Positions 51,080 to 62,705 of a DNA stretch of 64,000 nucleotides are shown piece by piece. A program made the position numbers and the translations under genes. Every line of letters starts with the position of its first letter. Position 1 is the first letter of the stretch. This stretch comes from Haliotis rufescens (lineage: Eukaryota). Below the pieces are notes generated by a model, which ran no database searches, was not told the origin of the DNA, and saw nothing but the letters and a program-made list of their open reading frames with translations. The stretch covers positions 41,292,001 to 41,356,000 of the forward strand of contig NW_025963802.1 of assembly GCF_023055435.1 (NCBI RefSeq), read 5' to 3'.

Positions 51080-54007
51080 GTGACATGCCTTAAGTCCACT
51101 GAGGTCTATCCGCTTGGCAAATGTAATACAGATGCTACTGCAGTTAGTCGTCTTGTAGTTGGGGTTGTCATGCTACGTGATGCAATGGCGTGAGTGATGT
51201 TTTGATGGCTGTTGTTCTATATTGAAAATAAACATATTTTTATTATGATCTATAGTCATGTGTTTCTTCTTTATCCAAACTCTCAGTACAACATGCGTGT
51301 TTATTAAGTGTGGTTATCAAGATGCTGAGTAGATTTACAAACAAAAGCGGGCGGTGGGGTAGCCATTGGTTTAGCACTCGTCACATACAAAACCAGGTTC
51401 TTTGTCCCACATGGGTACATTGAGTGAAGCCATTTCTTGTATTCCCAGCCGTGATATTGCTGGAATATTGCTAAATATCCACTAAATGCAATCGGCACAT
51501 CATGCACTAATCTTGAAAGATACGTTAAACCCTATTTCACCTCCCCTCACCTAGTACCCAATCCGTTTTTAACAGTAGCTTCTTGCGTTGTAATCAGTTA
51601 TTTGCTCTATACATTCAAGATTTAATACATTTTCGTCAGTAAAGAAAGATATAAATTAACACAATACTCTTAAGGAAGGGAATTTATGGACGTCAACTTC
51701 TTTATTACGAGGAACACAACGTTTCGGAGTATATGTTTACTACTTCATCAGGGGAATGAATGAGTCATGGTTTTTAATCATTAAAATTTCCATCGACATG
51801 GGAGAGTAATATTTAGGTGATTGAATAATAAACGAATGAAATACTTATCCCGGACAGTGTCGCCAAGGAGCGAGGCGGACGTGTGGATAGCTAGTGGAAC
51901 CTACACGTCGCTATATAAGTGCAATTATCTGGAAAGAGACGTTAAACCCCTTTTCACCTCTCCTCACCTAATAGCTGATCCGTCATTAACAGTAGCTTAT
52001 TGTGTTGTAATCTGTTATTTACTCTAAACATTCAAGATTTAATACATTTTCGTTAGTAAAGAAAGATATAAATTAACACAAAACTCTTAAGGAAGGGAAT
52101 TCATGGATGTCAACTTTATTACGAGGAACACAACGTTTCGGAGTATATGTTTAAGTACTACTTCATCAGGGGAATGAATGAGTCATGGTTATTTTTAATC
52201 ATAAAATGCCCATCGACATCGGAAGGTAATATTTAGGTGATTGAATAATAAACGAATGAAATACTTATCTCGGGAGAGAGTCGCCAAAGAGCGAGGCGGA
52301 CGTGTTAAAACCCCCTGGAACCCACACCGTGCATACCCGAGTATATCAACATCGCATTTCACAAATCGGATTGCAAAGCCGCTAAAACAATTCGTGTATT
52401 CCGTTAGAAAGGCATACTATAGGAGGTGATGTTTGTTTAAAAGTGTGTTTGTTGTTTAGCGCCACACTCACCAATATTCCAGCTGTATGACGGCGGTCTG
52501 TAAATAATCGAGTCTGGATCAGACACCCAGTGATTGACATCATGAGCATCGATCCACGCAATTGGGATTCGATGATATGCATCAACCAAGTCAGCCAGCC
52601 TACGTCGCCTCTTACGACAAGCACAGTCGCCTTTTACGGCAAGCATGGCTTGCTGAAGACCTGTTCTAACACGGATCTTCACGGATCGTATATACATATA
52701 CTTCACTTTACGTTAGCATAATATTTTCAATTAACATACGTGCATCAATGGTCAATTGATGCTATGCTTGCGCTATGGATCAACGAGGTTACAAGTAGTA
52801 ATCAACATATATACTAGCATTAAGAAGGTTATGATGCAACATAAAATAACATTTACCTTGAGCAATAAATATAAGCGAATGTAGTTAGCATCGAATTAAG
52901 CCAGACAATCCAGTGATTGAAATCATGAGCATCGATCCACGCATTTGGGATTCGATGATATCAACCAAGTCAGCCAGCCTGACCACCCGATCCCCTTAGT
53001 CGCCCTTTACGGCAAGCATGGTTTGCTTAAGACCTATTCTACCCCGGAGGTCATGTAACATAATGGGATCCATTTGTTCAGTGTATGTACTCCAAAGATG
53101 ATTGGTGAGTGAGTGAACGTTGTTTACCGATGCAGATGCAATATTCCAGATTTCCGTAAATATTCGAATCTGGAACAGGCAAATAGATTCATATTTTTGT
53201 AACCGCTATTTCGCCCAGTGGAACCTGTTTCCTTAGATAATCGAGACTGATTATTCCCTTGGGTGACGTTTTATATATACGTATCACCAAAAAAACCGCT
53301 GTTGTTTAATATGTGAAGACTTACTCATATTCAAGAGATATTAGATTGGATCGATACTCAAACGAACATACTGGTATGTTGTCTGAACCGATGCTCATGA
53401 AAGCATCACATGTGACGTCACAGAACCATGACTCGAGATGCACCATTTGAAATCACATGCAGCATATCGTGATAAGAATAAATACACGCTGTGGTACACT
53501 TGACTGATTGCTAGTTTTGTCATTAAGTGGTACACATTGGAAACATCTCTGCTAAACGTACATACTTCTCTATTAGTTTCGACGGTTCGCGTTTCTTTTG
53601 GCGGTGAGTATATATTTGAAAGCAAAAGCAACGCGCCATGCCACCCTCAGCACACTGGCACACACTCAGTCAAGACACAGAGACTGACCACCCAATCTCC
53701 ATTTAGACGGCTCTCTAGCAATCATGAGGTATTAATTATCTACCCTGACCCCAAATGCTAACAGGGACAAACTGACTGATGCGTGTTTGGCATTAAAGTG
53801 AAAACACAGTGGTATTAACAAAATAGTGCAATTTCCGTTTCCATATTCCCTGGACGCGTGTTTTTCTCTTTCGTTGCGACGTCTTTCTTAACGTAATGAA
53901 CTTTCTCTTGATGTAGTTGCTATTTTTCCCTCTTTCCAACACATTTTTTTCATACAAAAGGGTTTGTTTGGTGCCTGAAGAAAATACCTTTTGTATGATT
54001 CCGACTA

Positions 54008-54339
54008 CCGTATTCGACGTAATAAGCGCCCCGCTCTAATAAGCGCCCACGGCGATATTTGCTAATATATTGGCTAGTGAACAATCCCAATTAGCACCCC
54101 TTCCGATTGATTAATGTACACAAGACTTATTTATTCGCGTATAATACGCACTTGTGTGTTATATGCACCCTTAATTATGGGCAGTTAAATTCTGGAAAAA
54201 TATATCTGTCGTATATGAACAAATTTTAGACTGTCAGCATAAACCACGAAATTGATCTTTCAACAAAAATAGTATTCTAATGATAGCCCCCTATTTCTAA
54301 TTTTGAGAGCGCCCTGGGCGCTTATTACGTCGAATACGG
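54008..54339. mobile_element. Tc2/pogo-type MITE with perfect 24-bp TIRs and TA TSD
   Basis: TA-CCGTATTCGACGTAATAAGCGCCC ... GGGCGCTTATTACGTCGAATACGG-TA. Confidence 0.92.
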
Positions 54340-54371
54340 TATATCATATGTGTTTATGAAGCACTTTCAAA

Positions 54372-55000
54372 TAGTGATGATAACGGGTGTTCGCGAAAGA
54401 TGAGAGTACGCATCGGCGGCGCTCGTTTCAAATACAAGCAAAGGCAAGTCAAATGTTCACCTGACAAAACACTGCTCCATATGGCACAAGTCAAAGTAGG
54501 GAATAGCATCGGATATCATTTATGTCCCTGATGTCCTCAACATGTATACCCTAAAACATTTTGAAAGCTTTACAGAGACCTTAAATGTTGTAACCTTGAT
54601 CAAACAACGATTGAGCATGAGTCGCATGACGCACTTTGACATGTTGATAGAAAGCGCATGTTCGATTGTACCTTACAAGTTGTGAAATATAGACAACAAA
54701 GGCTGGAGCCGATGAACTTTTGTTCGACAGAAAGGGAAAGTTGACTGTAAGAATCCTGAAGTCATATCACTTGTCATAGAGTCGTGTAGAGAGTTTTTTC
54801 CTGGTCTCTCTTATTTCTAGTTAAGGTTGGTAAATCAGTGGAACGGAATGGGTTATTTGACCATTATGAAACGACAACTGATCATCGATATACCTGAAAC
54901 TTAAATTATTCCCTTTTGGGCCAAATTACCTTGTTTTGATTTTGCCAATCCCAGCATAAATTCCGATTCAAATGCGTAAAGAAACAGACCATGTCGACTC
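54372..55000 (-). mobile_element. Second Penelope-like RT relic
   Basis: Minus-strand LFLYAFESEFMLGLAKSKQGNLAQK...FRYIDDQLSFHN at ~54860-54990; same terminal motif as 5660 at ~54375-54450. Confidence 0.7.
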
Positions 55001-55989
55001 AAAAATAGCCATGAAAAGATACTTTTTTATTACATTCCGTCAATAAAAAGCATATATTTTTCGGATATGAAGCATGTCCTGTAGTAAGACCATTGTTGAT
55101 TGAAAACAGCGAAAAAGGGACATTGGGCATGCGACCTGTAGAATATTTCATGTCAGTTAGGGACCGACCATTCGATCTTCTGGTGGAGCTGACATAATCT
55201 CACCGCGGAACTTCGTACCAGGTGCGCTATAAATGTTATTTTTCGATATATCGACCAATCTACTGCAAGATATGCTAATTTAAATTGTGGTAGTTAAGTA
55301 TCGCGTGCTACCAGTAGAGCAGGACATGCGTTCACTTTGCATGAACACCTTGTATCATCACTGATCCATTCACTTACTTTTCACCACTATATTTCCTTGT
55401 ACACCTATTGGAATCCTTTAAACGGTCCATTAAACATTCGAGTTACATTATCTCGTGCGTTGAAGTGATATGATATTATGGTGATATTATATGAAACTAC
55501 AAAGACTTTGGGTCCATCTATTTTTCAATACCGACATCATGACTTTTCCATTTTATCTTAATTATTCACTTTCTTCTGTAGCCCCATCAAGCGCAGGTAT
55601 CGGGGCTGTGGCAGCCATTCGAGCATCCATTAAGTTCTAAACACCCCTTTTGTGTGAAGTCAAATGCACCTTGTTGGTGTTGGACAGCAGCATCTTCAGT
55701 ACCTTGCTCAATGACCGTTTTCATGTTTGCACCGACTAACATGTGGTCTCTGAAATAATCATATTTTACAAACAATACAGTTGTTAAATTATAGTTATAA
55801 AATATAATCAACAGCAGCCAAGAGACTTATTTCATTTTCAGTTTCTGATACAGCCGTAATCTAGACTTGCCAAATATTTTAGACTTGCATTGGCTGTATT
55901 GGATATATTTGTTTCAGATCCGTATGATTGAGTAGTTTGTATCATGTATAGGTATCAGCAGTTAAAAGTTAGTGAACTCGAGGCATTAC

Positions 55990-56176
55990 ATAAACATACA
56001 CAAACACAAACACACATACACATACACAAACACATACACATACACATACACATACACAAACACGCACGCATACATATACACATGCACATGCACATGCACA
56101 TAGGCATAATACATATACGCATACGCATACACATACGCATATACATATGCATACGCACACGCATACATATGCACAT
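55990..56176. repeat. Compound (CATACA)/(CACATG)/(CGCATA) microsatellite
   Basis: Direct inspection. Confidence 0.95.
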
Positions 56177-56900
56177 TCACTAGTGTACAAACAAGAGCTT
56201 TTCTCACTGTCAGCAGTAGCGATCACCATCCATACATTCATGTCTAGGATAAAAAAGTTACGAGGTGTAGCTTTCTTGATATTTCAAATTTCATTAAGAG
56301 AAACCTTTCTTATTTCCCATATACATGGCACATAAAAGTAAAATGTTTTCTGGAAGCCAATCATCATCTACCATCAAAGGTAATTAATTATCAGCAAACG
56401 GGTTACTTCCGTACCACGACACCAATTGGACGACTGAAGACTGCTTGAAGCCACATAAAATCTAATACAATCAAATATATTTGTGTTGCAACCCAAACTT
56501 ACATCAGCTACGAATGTGATATCCGAATAACCTTGGGTCAATAAAGCAATACTGTGAAATTGTGTTGATTTCTAAAAAAAGGGTGACAGAAACAAAATGC
56601 ATCAAACAACGTACACAATACACGATATAAAAGCGACGTCTTTATCATTGAAAAGAAAATATATTTGATTAAATAGTTGATTATATAAGGTTTGCTAGAC
56701 AACAACTGTCTGTAGTTATATTGAATAATTATTGTCATCCTTATGCTAAGACGCAGATATCAAGCGAGTGGCAATAACTATTAGCATGGGAATACAATAC
56801 GTCGGGACAATGTTATTTCTTAAACTTCAATTGGAAGGACAAACCATACAAACGCAGAGTTAATCAGTTAAACTGGACATAGAGTACTTCGTTGCGAAAA

Positions 56901-57076
56901 CAGTAGACTACGGTTAAAACGAACACGCTTATAACGAACTGACGGATATAACGAACTTACTTTTTGGTCCCGACTATTTGCTGTAGTTATGCTGTATATT
57001 TGCTTATAACGAACTACTATTATAACGAAATAAAATAAGTAGTCCCTTTGAGTTCGTTACAACCGTAGTTTACTGT
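56901..57076. mobile_element. Tigger/pogo-like MITE
   Basis: CAGTAGACTACGGTTAAAACGAAC ... GTTCGTTACAACCGTAGTTTACTG-TA. Confidence 0.8.
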
Positions 57077-57324
57077 AGTTCACTCGTTCAGTAAAGAATT
57101 TATGGCTAGAACATCCAAATGTACAATGCTCTAAACTGGCACCTAAAAAAAAATATTCCTCTCTTTTATTGTAAAATTACTTCTATGTATGGTCAATTCA
57201 GATCTAATTCAGAGAAATGAGTAAATAGGCATGAACCACATAGTTATCAGTAGCAAAACATCGATCTCTATATAACAAAACGCCAACGCCAAAGAATATT
57301 CTGTCTCGATTGTCTGCCGAATAG

Positions 57325-57485
57325 TGAGTAAGTTTGGTTTCATGCCGCTTTTAGCAATATTCCAGCAATATCACGGCGGGGGACACCAGAAATGGGCTTC
57401 ACACATTGTACCCATGTCGGGAATCGAACCCGGGTCTTCGGCGTGACGAGCGAACGCTTTAACCACTAGGCTACCCGACCGCCCA
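57325..57485 (-). mobile_element. SINE family 1, full length
   Basis: 12-bp TSD TCTGCCGAATAG (57313-57324, 57486-57497); near-identical to 62171-62338. Confidence 0.92.
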
Positions 57486-57831
57486 TCTGCCGAATAGCAT
57501 TGCTTTGGACGCCAAAACGAAAGTTGAGGAGAAGTGAAATGGGGTTTAACGTTGCGTCCAAGATTATTGCACTTATATAGCGACGTGCACGTGCGTGTGT
57601 GTGTGTGTGTGTCTATGTGTGTGTTACAATTTTCTTTGTCTCACGAAAGCAAAAACATAGTTACAAAAAGTTCTACCTTATTGACAGATGACACTAGGTA
57701 GCAGTGGCAAACGTAATAATTAGCAATATATCATTGTACTAGCTAGCCCAAGGTTATCTGTCAACATGGTCAGTAGTGTCCACTGCCTTAAGCTTGTATT
57801 TGACCTCAGGGAGTAATGTCACCATGGACAA

Positions 57832-57939
57832 TGACGTCATAGTTACTTGTGCAATACGGCTGCTTACTTAAACTGATGGATATATAAGTTCCCCTAAGAC
57901 ATGCAGTTGAGGCATTCCAAGGCTTGACTTTGTAAACAG
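57832..57939 (+). promoter_or_regulatory. Gene C promoter (CRE palindrome, TATA) and non-coding exon 1 (~57914-57939)
   Basis: TGACGTCA 57832-57839; TATATAA 57881-57887; CAG|GTAAGT donor at 57940; acceptor TTTCAG ends 58160. Confidence 0.65.
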
Positions 57940-58169
57940 GTAAGTTACACTCTGATAGTTTGGTAGTGCAGTTACGATATAAGCGATGCGCGTCATAAAC
58001 GATTGCCACTTTCTTGAGTGAGTGAAAGTCGCTTACAACAGTACTTCAGCTACATGACGGTGTGTCAGCTGTACATGTATGTGGGCAAAAACACATTTGA
58101 AGACCTTTTTCATGTATGTTTTTTAACGTATTAAATTATTCCAAATCTGTTTGATTTCAGGGACATAAG

Positions 58170-58655
58170 ATGAGGACTACTGTCGTTATTCTAGCAGTCA
58201 TGGTTGTCGGGGCGACATGCAAGTTATATGGAGGCGGCTATGGTCCTGGATTTGGTCATGGCTTTGGTCATGGCTATGGCTATGGTCCTGGATTTGGTCA
58301 TGGCATTGGTCATGGCTATGGCTATGGTCGTGGATCTGGTCATGGCATTGGTCATGGCTATGGCTATGGTCGTGGATCTGGTCATGGCATTGGTCATGGC
58401 TATGGCTATGGTCGTGGATCTGGTCACGCCCGCATTAGCCCTGGTTTTGGTGCTAACCACGTCGACGTTGAGGTACACCACGTCCCCCATGGCAACCATA
58501 TCGACACCATCACCAGACATGTTCCACATGTGTACGCAGGCAATGGAATGCATGGTGGATTTGGACATGGATATGGCGGTCATGGCCATGGATATGGGGG
58601 CGGCAGCATCTCAGTACACCATCATGGTGGCCACTTTGGTGGACACGGATATTGA
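58170..58655 (+). CDS. Gene C: secreted Gly/His/Tyr-rich repeat protein, 161 aa, single coding exon
   Basis: Signal peptide MRTTVVILAVMVVGATC; 42-bp/14-aa repeats GHGIGHGYGYGRGS; His/Val-rich central segment; splice acceptor 9 nt before the ATG. Confidence 0.9.
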   Translation: MRTTVVILAVMVVGATCKLYGGGYGPGFGHGFGHGYGYGPGFGHGIGHGYGYGRGSGHGIGHGYGYGRGSGHGIGHGYGYGRGSGHARISPGFGANHVDVEVHHVPHGNHIDTITRHVPHVYAGNGMHGGFGHGYGGHGHGYGGGSISVHHHGGHFGGHGY

Positions 58656-59446
58656 ATTGTCGGACACGCCCCACATGGTACGTTAATTAGTCTTCTAAAT
58701 ATAAGCTCCAAAGTATCGTCAATCAGGTGTAGTGTTCAGTTGGTTACTACCGAAAACACATTTGACCAGTTTGGACACAGCCTTATTTGACTTTCTATAC
58801 ATTTGGTAAAGATATTTTAATACTTTTCAACTTGTATTACGCAACATAAAACACATCCTGTTCTTATTCTGCAAACTTCATTTGTACAGGACCAATGGGA
58901 ACAATAGGTTAAAATAATTTATTGGATTTCCATGATCCGATGAAAACACCATGTTACATTTTGAAAACTGATTATCGAGTGTCATAGCGAGGGGGTCGGT
59001 TTCCAGAAGTAAAACGGAACGTGTAACTTGCTTAATCTATAAAATGTCAATAAATTCTGTCTGCATTTTTGTTTAATATTTGAATTCGATGGTAAAGAGC
59101 TCATTTTTATTTATACAACATAATTCAATGTTTTTTAGAAGGTATACGAAATTATCTTTTTTCTGCTCATTATTTCATTGATTATGCATTGCAGGCAACC
59201 AGCAATGACGTCCGAACACAAACCCGAGGTCACGATGAAAAGGTTTATGAAGCAGCCATGTCTTCTTTTCACTCGCTGTATGACAATGGTAATAAATCGA
59301 TGGTAGTTTATAAGAAGTCTTGTTGTTTTATTTCTTATTGCATACACACAGTGGAGTTTGCTTGTCATATAAATACAATGTTTGAAAGTAGTTAACGAGT
59401 GATTTTTGTTTAACGTCGCTGAGCAAAGTGATGAAGCTGTTAAAAG

Positions 59447-59605
59447 TAAGGAAGCGAATATATGGATGTCAACTTCTTTATTATGAGGAACAAAACGTTT
59501 CGGAGTATATGCTTACTCCTTCACCTGATGAAGGAGTAAGCATATACTCCGAAACGTTGTGTTCCTCATATTAAAGAACTTGACATCCATATATTCTCCT
59601 TCTTA
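59447..59605. mobile_element. Penelope-like inverted terminal repeat pair (77-bp arms) centred on the hammerhead core
   Basis: 59447-59523 is the near-perfect reverse complement of 59529-59605; spacer CCTGA. Confidence 0.8.
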
Positions 59606-59940
59606 TTGGATATTTGTTCTAAGAAATATCGTACAATGGTCATGATATGTATTCCGAAAAATGTTACATTAAATGGTTCAACCTGTATTAAGAATCTTTC
59701 TAATTCATTGGTTAATCCGTAACACGTGACGAAACTATACATTTAAATTCAGACCCCCGAATCACGTGACTGACATGGACCTCGAATATTGACTCGTCAC
59801 ATGAACAGAATTGACCTGTCACGTGATAAATATTGACTCGCCTGCTAGAAAACAAGATGGCGTCTGGTACTACCATTTCGTGATTCGCAGTCAGGTTAAT
59901 GTAATGAAACAGGACAGTTTAAAGGTTTCATTTCGGTTTA

Positions 59941-60090
59941 NNNNNNNNNNNNNNNNNNNNNNNNNNNNNNNNNNNNNNNNNNNNNNNNNNNNNNNNNNNN
60001 NNNNNNNNNNNNNNNNNNNNNNNNNNNNNNNNNNNNNNNNNNNNNNNNNNNNNNNNNNNNNNNNNNNNNNNNNNNNNNNNNNNNNNNNNN
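59941..60090. other. Assembly gap (150 N)
   Basis: Run of n. Confidence 1.
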
Positions 60091-60333
60091 CCGGACTGAT
60101 GCCGATTTATAGTACCTGCTCACTGAGATTCCATACCGTAGTTTAGCATCAATACTCCACTCAGACACAGTATACTGGCTCCGAGCCGACCTTGTTTAAG
60201 CCCCTTCATGCCGAGCGCCAGGCAGGGTAACAAGTACCATGTTTTAACGTCTTTTGGTATGACGCAGCCTGGAATCGAACCCGCAACTTACCACTCTCCG
60301 GGAAGACGCTCTATCCACTAGACCACGGAGGCG
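60091..60333 (-). mobile_element. SINE family 4 (tRNA head, Meta/MESC-like central domain)
   Basis: Minus strand GTGGTCTAGTGG (A-box), GGTTCGATTCC (B-box), GTCATACCAAAAGACGTTAAAACATGGTACTTG; domain name is from memory. Confidence 0.75.
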
Positions 60334-60514
60334 ATTAAGACATTTTCGAACTGACGTGCTTCTGATTTACTTGTCAAGTCAAGTAACTTGTCAAGAGTTT
60401 TGATATATATTTAGGAGTACCGAATTCCTACCAGCTTCCAGCCCATTGTATTGTATTTTTTCATAGAAAGCAAATACATATGTATAAACATAACATATTG
60501 AATTATTCATTTAG

Positions 60515-60769
60515 GTTCCGGGTAGAATAGGTCTTCATCAACCCATGCTTGCCGCAAAAGACGACTATGCTTGTCGTAAGAGGCGACTAACGGGGTAGGG
60601 TGGTCAGGCTCGCTGACTAAGTTGATGCATGTTATCATATCCCAGTTGCGTGGATCGATGCTCATGATATTAATCACTGGATTGTCTGGTCCAGACTCGA
60701 TTATTTACAGACCGCCGCCATACAGCTGGAATATTGCTGGGTGCGGCGTTAAACAACAAACCAACCAAC
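60515..60769 (+). mobile_element. SINE family 2
   Basis: Matches 61620-61893 in reverse; (CCAA)n tail. Confidence 0.85.
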
Positions 60770-61619
60770 ATTAATCTTGTGTGGTCATTTACTGATTTCA
60801 CAATATAGTTCTGAGCGTACCGACGTTTGGTTACCCTCGTCGTTATAACTTGATGGCTTCGTAACACCATATACTGTACATGCACTTATAGCAGTACATG
60901 TAGTTCAACTCAACAACTGCCTCCACCGTCGGATTGCATCCCTACATTAACTAACTACAGTGTTGGTTATCCACCACTTGGCACTTTCTTCCTTTAATTT
61001 ACCTTGCTAATAGGAGTGTTTCATGAAAAATGTGTGTAGGCAGCGGGATTCGAACCCGCTTCGCTAGTCCTGCACCATGACCGTGGAATATATTTATTTT
61101 ATGAGAAAAAAATAATAATCTAGAAATGCATACAAAAGCAAGTCTAGCCAGCTCAAGCTAGCTCTATTCCACATCAGCATAGGGAATTTTATTTTATTTT
61201 TAGAGTCAAGAAGGATATTGTGTAACATAAGATTTCAGAGACTAAATGTTAGTCTACCGCTACGCCTGAATCAAAGGCAAGCGAATGTTATCTTCTAGAA
61301 GAAATCATGTGGATTTACAATAACATTTTCTAACATCAAGACGAATAGTTTATCCGTTTGTGAACGGGGATATTTGTGATTTATCCAGTACGTTATTTTG
61401 TGATTTGGTAGCACTTCGTTAAAATAACTGTTTTCCTTAACAAAGACACGATACCTCATAATAGGGCCATCAACATGTATAGTAACATCAACTATCTGTA
61501 TTGGTGTTCGTTAATCACAACGTGAACGGTATGTCTATCATTGACTTTGATGTGTATCCGCACCGAAGGCTATGTTACGTCGTACTCCATCACGGAGACA
61601 TGGAAGATTAATAATAATG

Positions 61620-61893
61620 GTTGGTTGGTTGGTTTGTTGTTTAACGCCGCACTCAGCAATATTCCAGCTATATGACGGCGGTCTGTAAATAATCGAGTCT
61701 GGACCAGACAATCCAGTGATTAATATCATGAGCATCGATCCATGCAATTGTGAGCGATGACATGTATCAACCAAGTCAGCGAGCCTGACCACCCGATCCC
61801 GTTAGTCGCCTTTTACGACAAGCATAGTCACCTTTTACGGCAAGCATGCGTTGCTGAAGACCTATTCTACCCCGGAATCTTCACGGGTCATTT
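61620..61893 (-). mobile_element. SINE family 2, full length
   Basis: 12-bp TSD TTAATAATAATG at 61608-61619 and 61894-61905. Confidence 0.9.
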
Positions 61894-62170
61894 TTAATAA
61901 TAATGAAAACCGATAGTAATCCTTTCACGAATGGGGAAGTGTGTGTTATATCCAGGACCGTAATCTATGTATTGAACGTACGCGTTTTGTAGGTTTCATT
62001 TTCACAATAAATGTCATTGACTCCTAAACAGAAAACCGCATATGAGTAAGAAAGTAATAGACCCCTTTTAACTGTCTGATGATGAGGTAAGGTAGACACA
62101 ATTTCATGAATAACAACTCCTTTAATACTGTAAAAAGCGATGGTTCGGTATAGATCCTTATATCGTTGTC

Positions 62171-62338
62171 GGGGCGGTCGGGTAGCCTAGTGGTTAAAGC
62201 GTTCGCTCGTCACGCCGAAGACCCGGGTTCGATTCCCGACATGGGTACAATGTGTGAAGCCCATTTCTGGTGTCCCCCGCCGTGATATTGCTGGAATATT
62301 GCTAAAAGCGGCGTAAAACCATATTCACTCACTCACTC
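62171..62338 (+). mobile_element. SINE family 1 (tRNA-Asp-like head), full length
   Basis: TAGCCTAGTGG A-box; CGTCACGCCGAAGACCCGGGTTCGATTCCCGAC resembles tRNA-Asp(GTC); 13-bp TSD TTATAYCGTTGTC (62158-62170, 62340-62352). Confidence 0.92.
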
Positions 62339-62705
62339 ATTATACCGTTGTCAAGCAAGACTTACGTCGCTTTTTACAGAGTTAAAGAAGTTGTATCCAT
62401 AAATTTGTGTCTATCTTGTCATCCGTCAACTTCTAAGTAATGCCTGTCAAACAATTGATGATGAGGTACTTTGACATGGGCGTCGACGCAAGTCCATATT
62501 ACTACACCCCTTAGGCTATGGAAGCTTATCAGTCAAAATAAACAATAAATCGTTTTACATCGGCTGGAAGGCGAAGCGGTAATACAAGGCTGGTGATCAG
62601 AATATCAATAAAGAAATCATGTAAATAAATACTTTTATTTTCATAGTAAACCCCATTGGACAATCGTAGCAATAGCGGGGTTACAGTGAATTATAGAGGA
62701 CATCA

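Larger units (their letters stand above)
48205..53210 (+). repeat. Inverted duplicate of the B-gene block (reverse complement of ~13975-18036 and equivalents), with its own insertions
   Basis: E.g. 48476 GTGTCAACCGCAAGATGTTCTGGATT vs 17763 AATCCAGAGCATCTTGCGGTTGACAC; 53050-53210 vs 13970-14125. Confidence 0.9.

Noticed and set aside
55944-56241. His/Ile and Cys/Met/Val-rich ORFs
   Set aside because: Microsatellite translations
58204-58686. Overlapping ORFs MALVMAMAM, WSWIWSWH and the antisense TIAIAMT
   Set aside because: Alternative frames of the 42-bp Gly/His repeat; only frame 58170 has a signal peptide and splice context
62171-62240. tRNA-Asp-like sequence (also 57410-57485, and B-box fragments at 61040-61060)
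   Set aside because: No acceptor stem; continues into a SINE body and tail with TSDs, so not a tRNA gene
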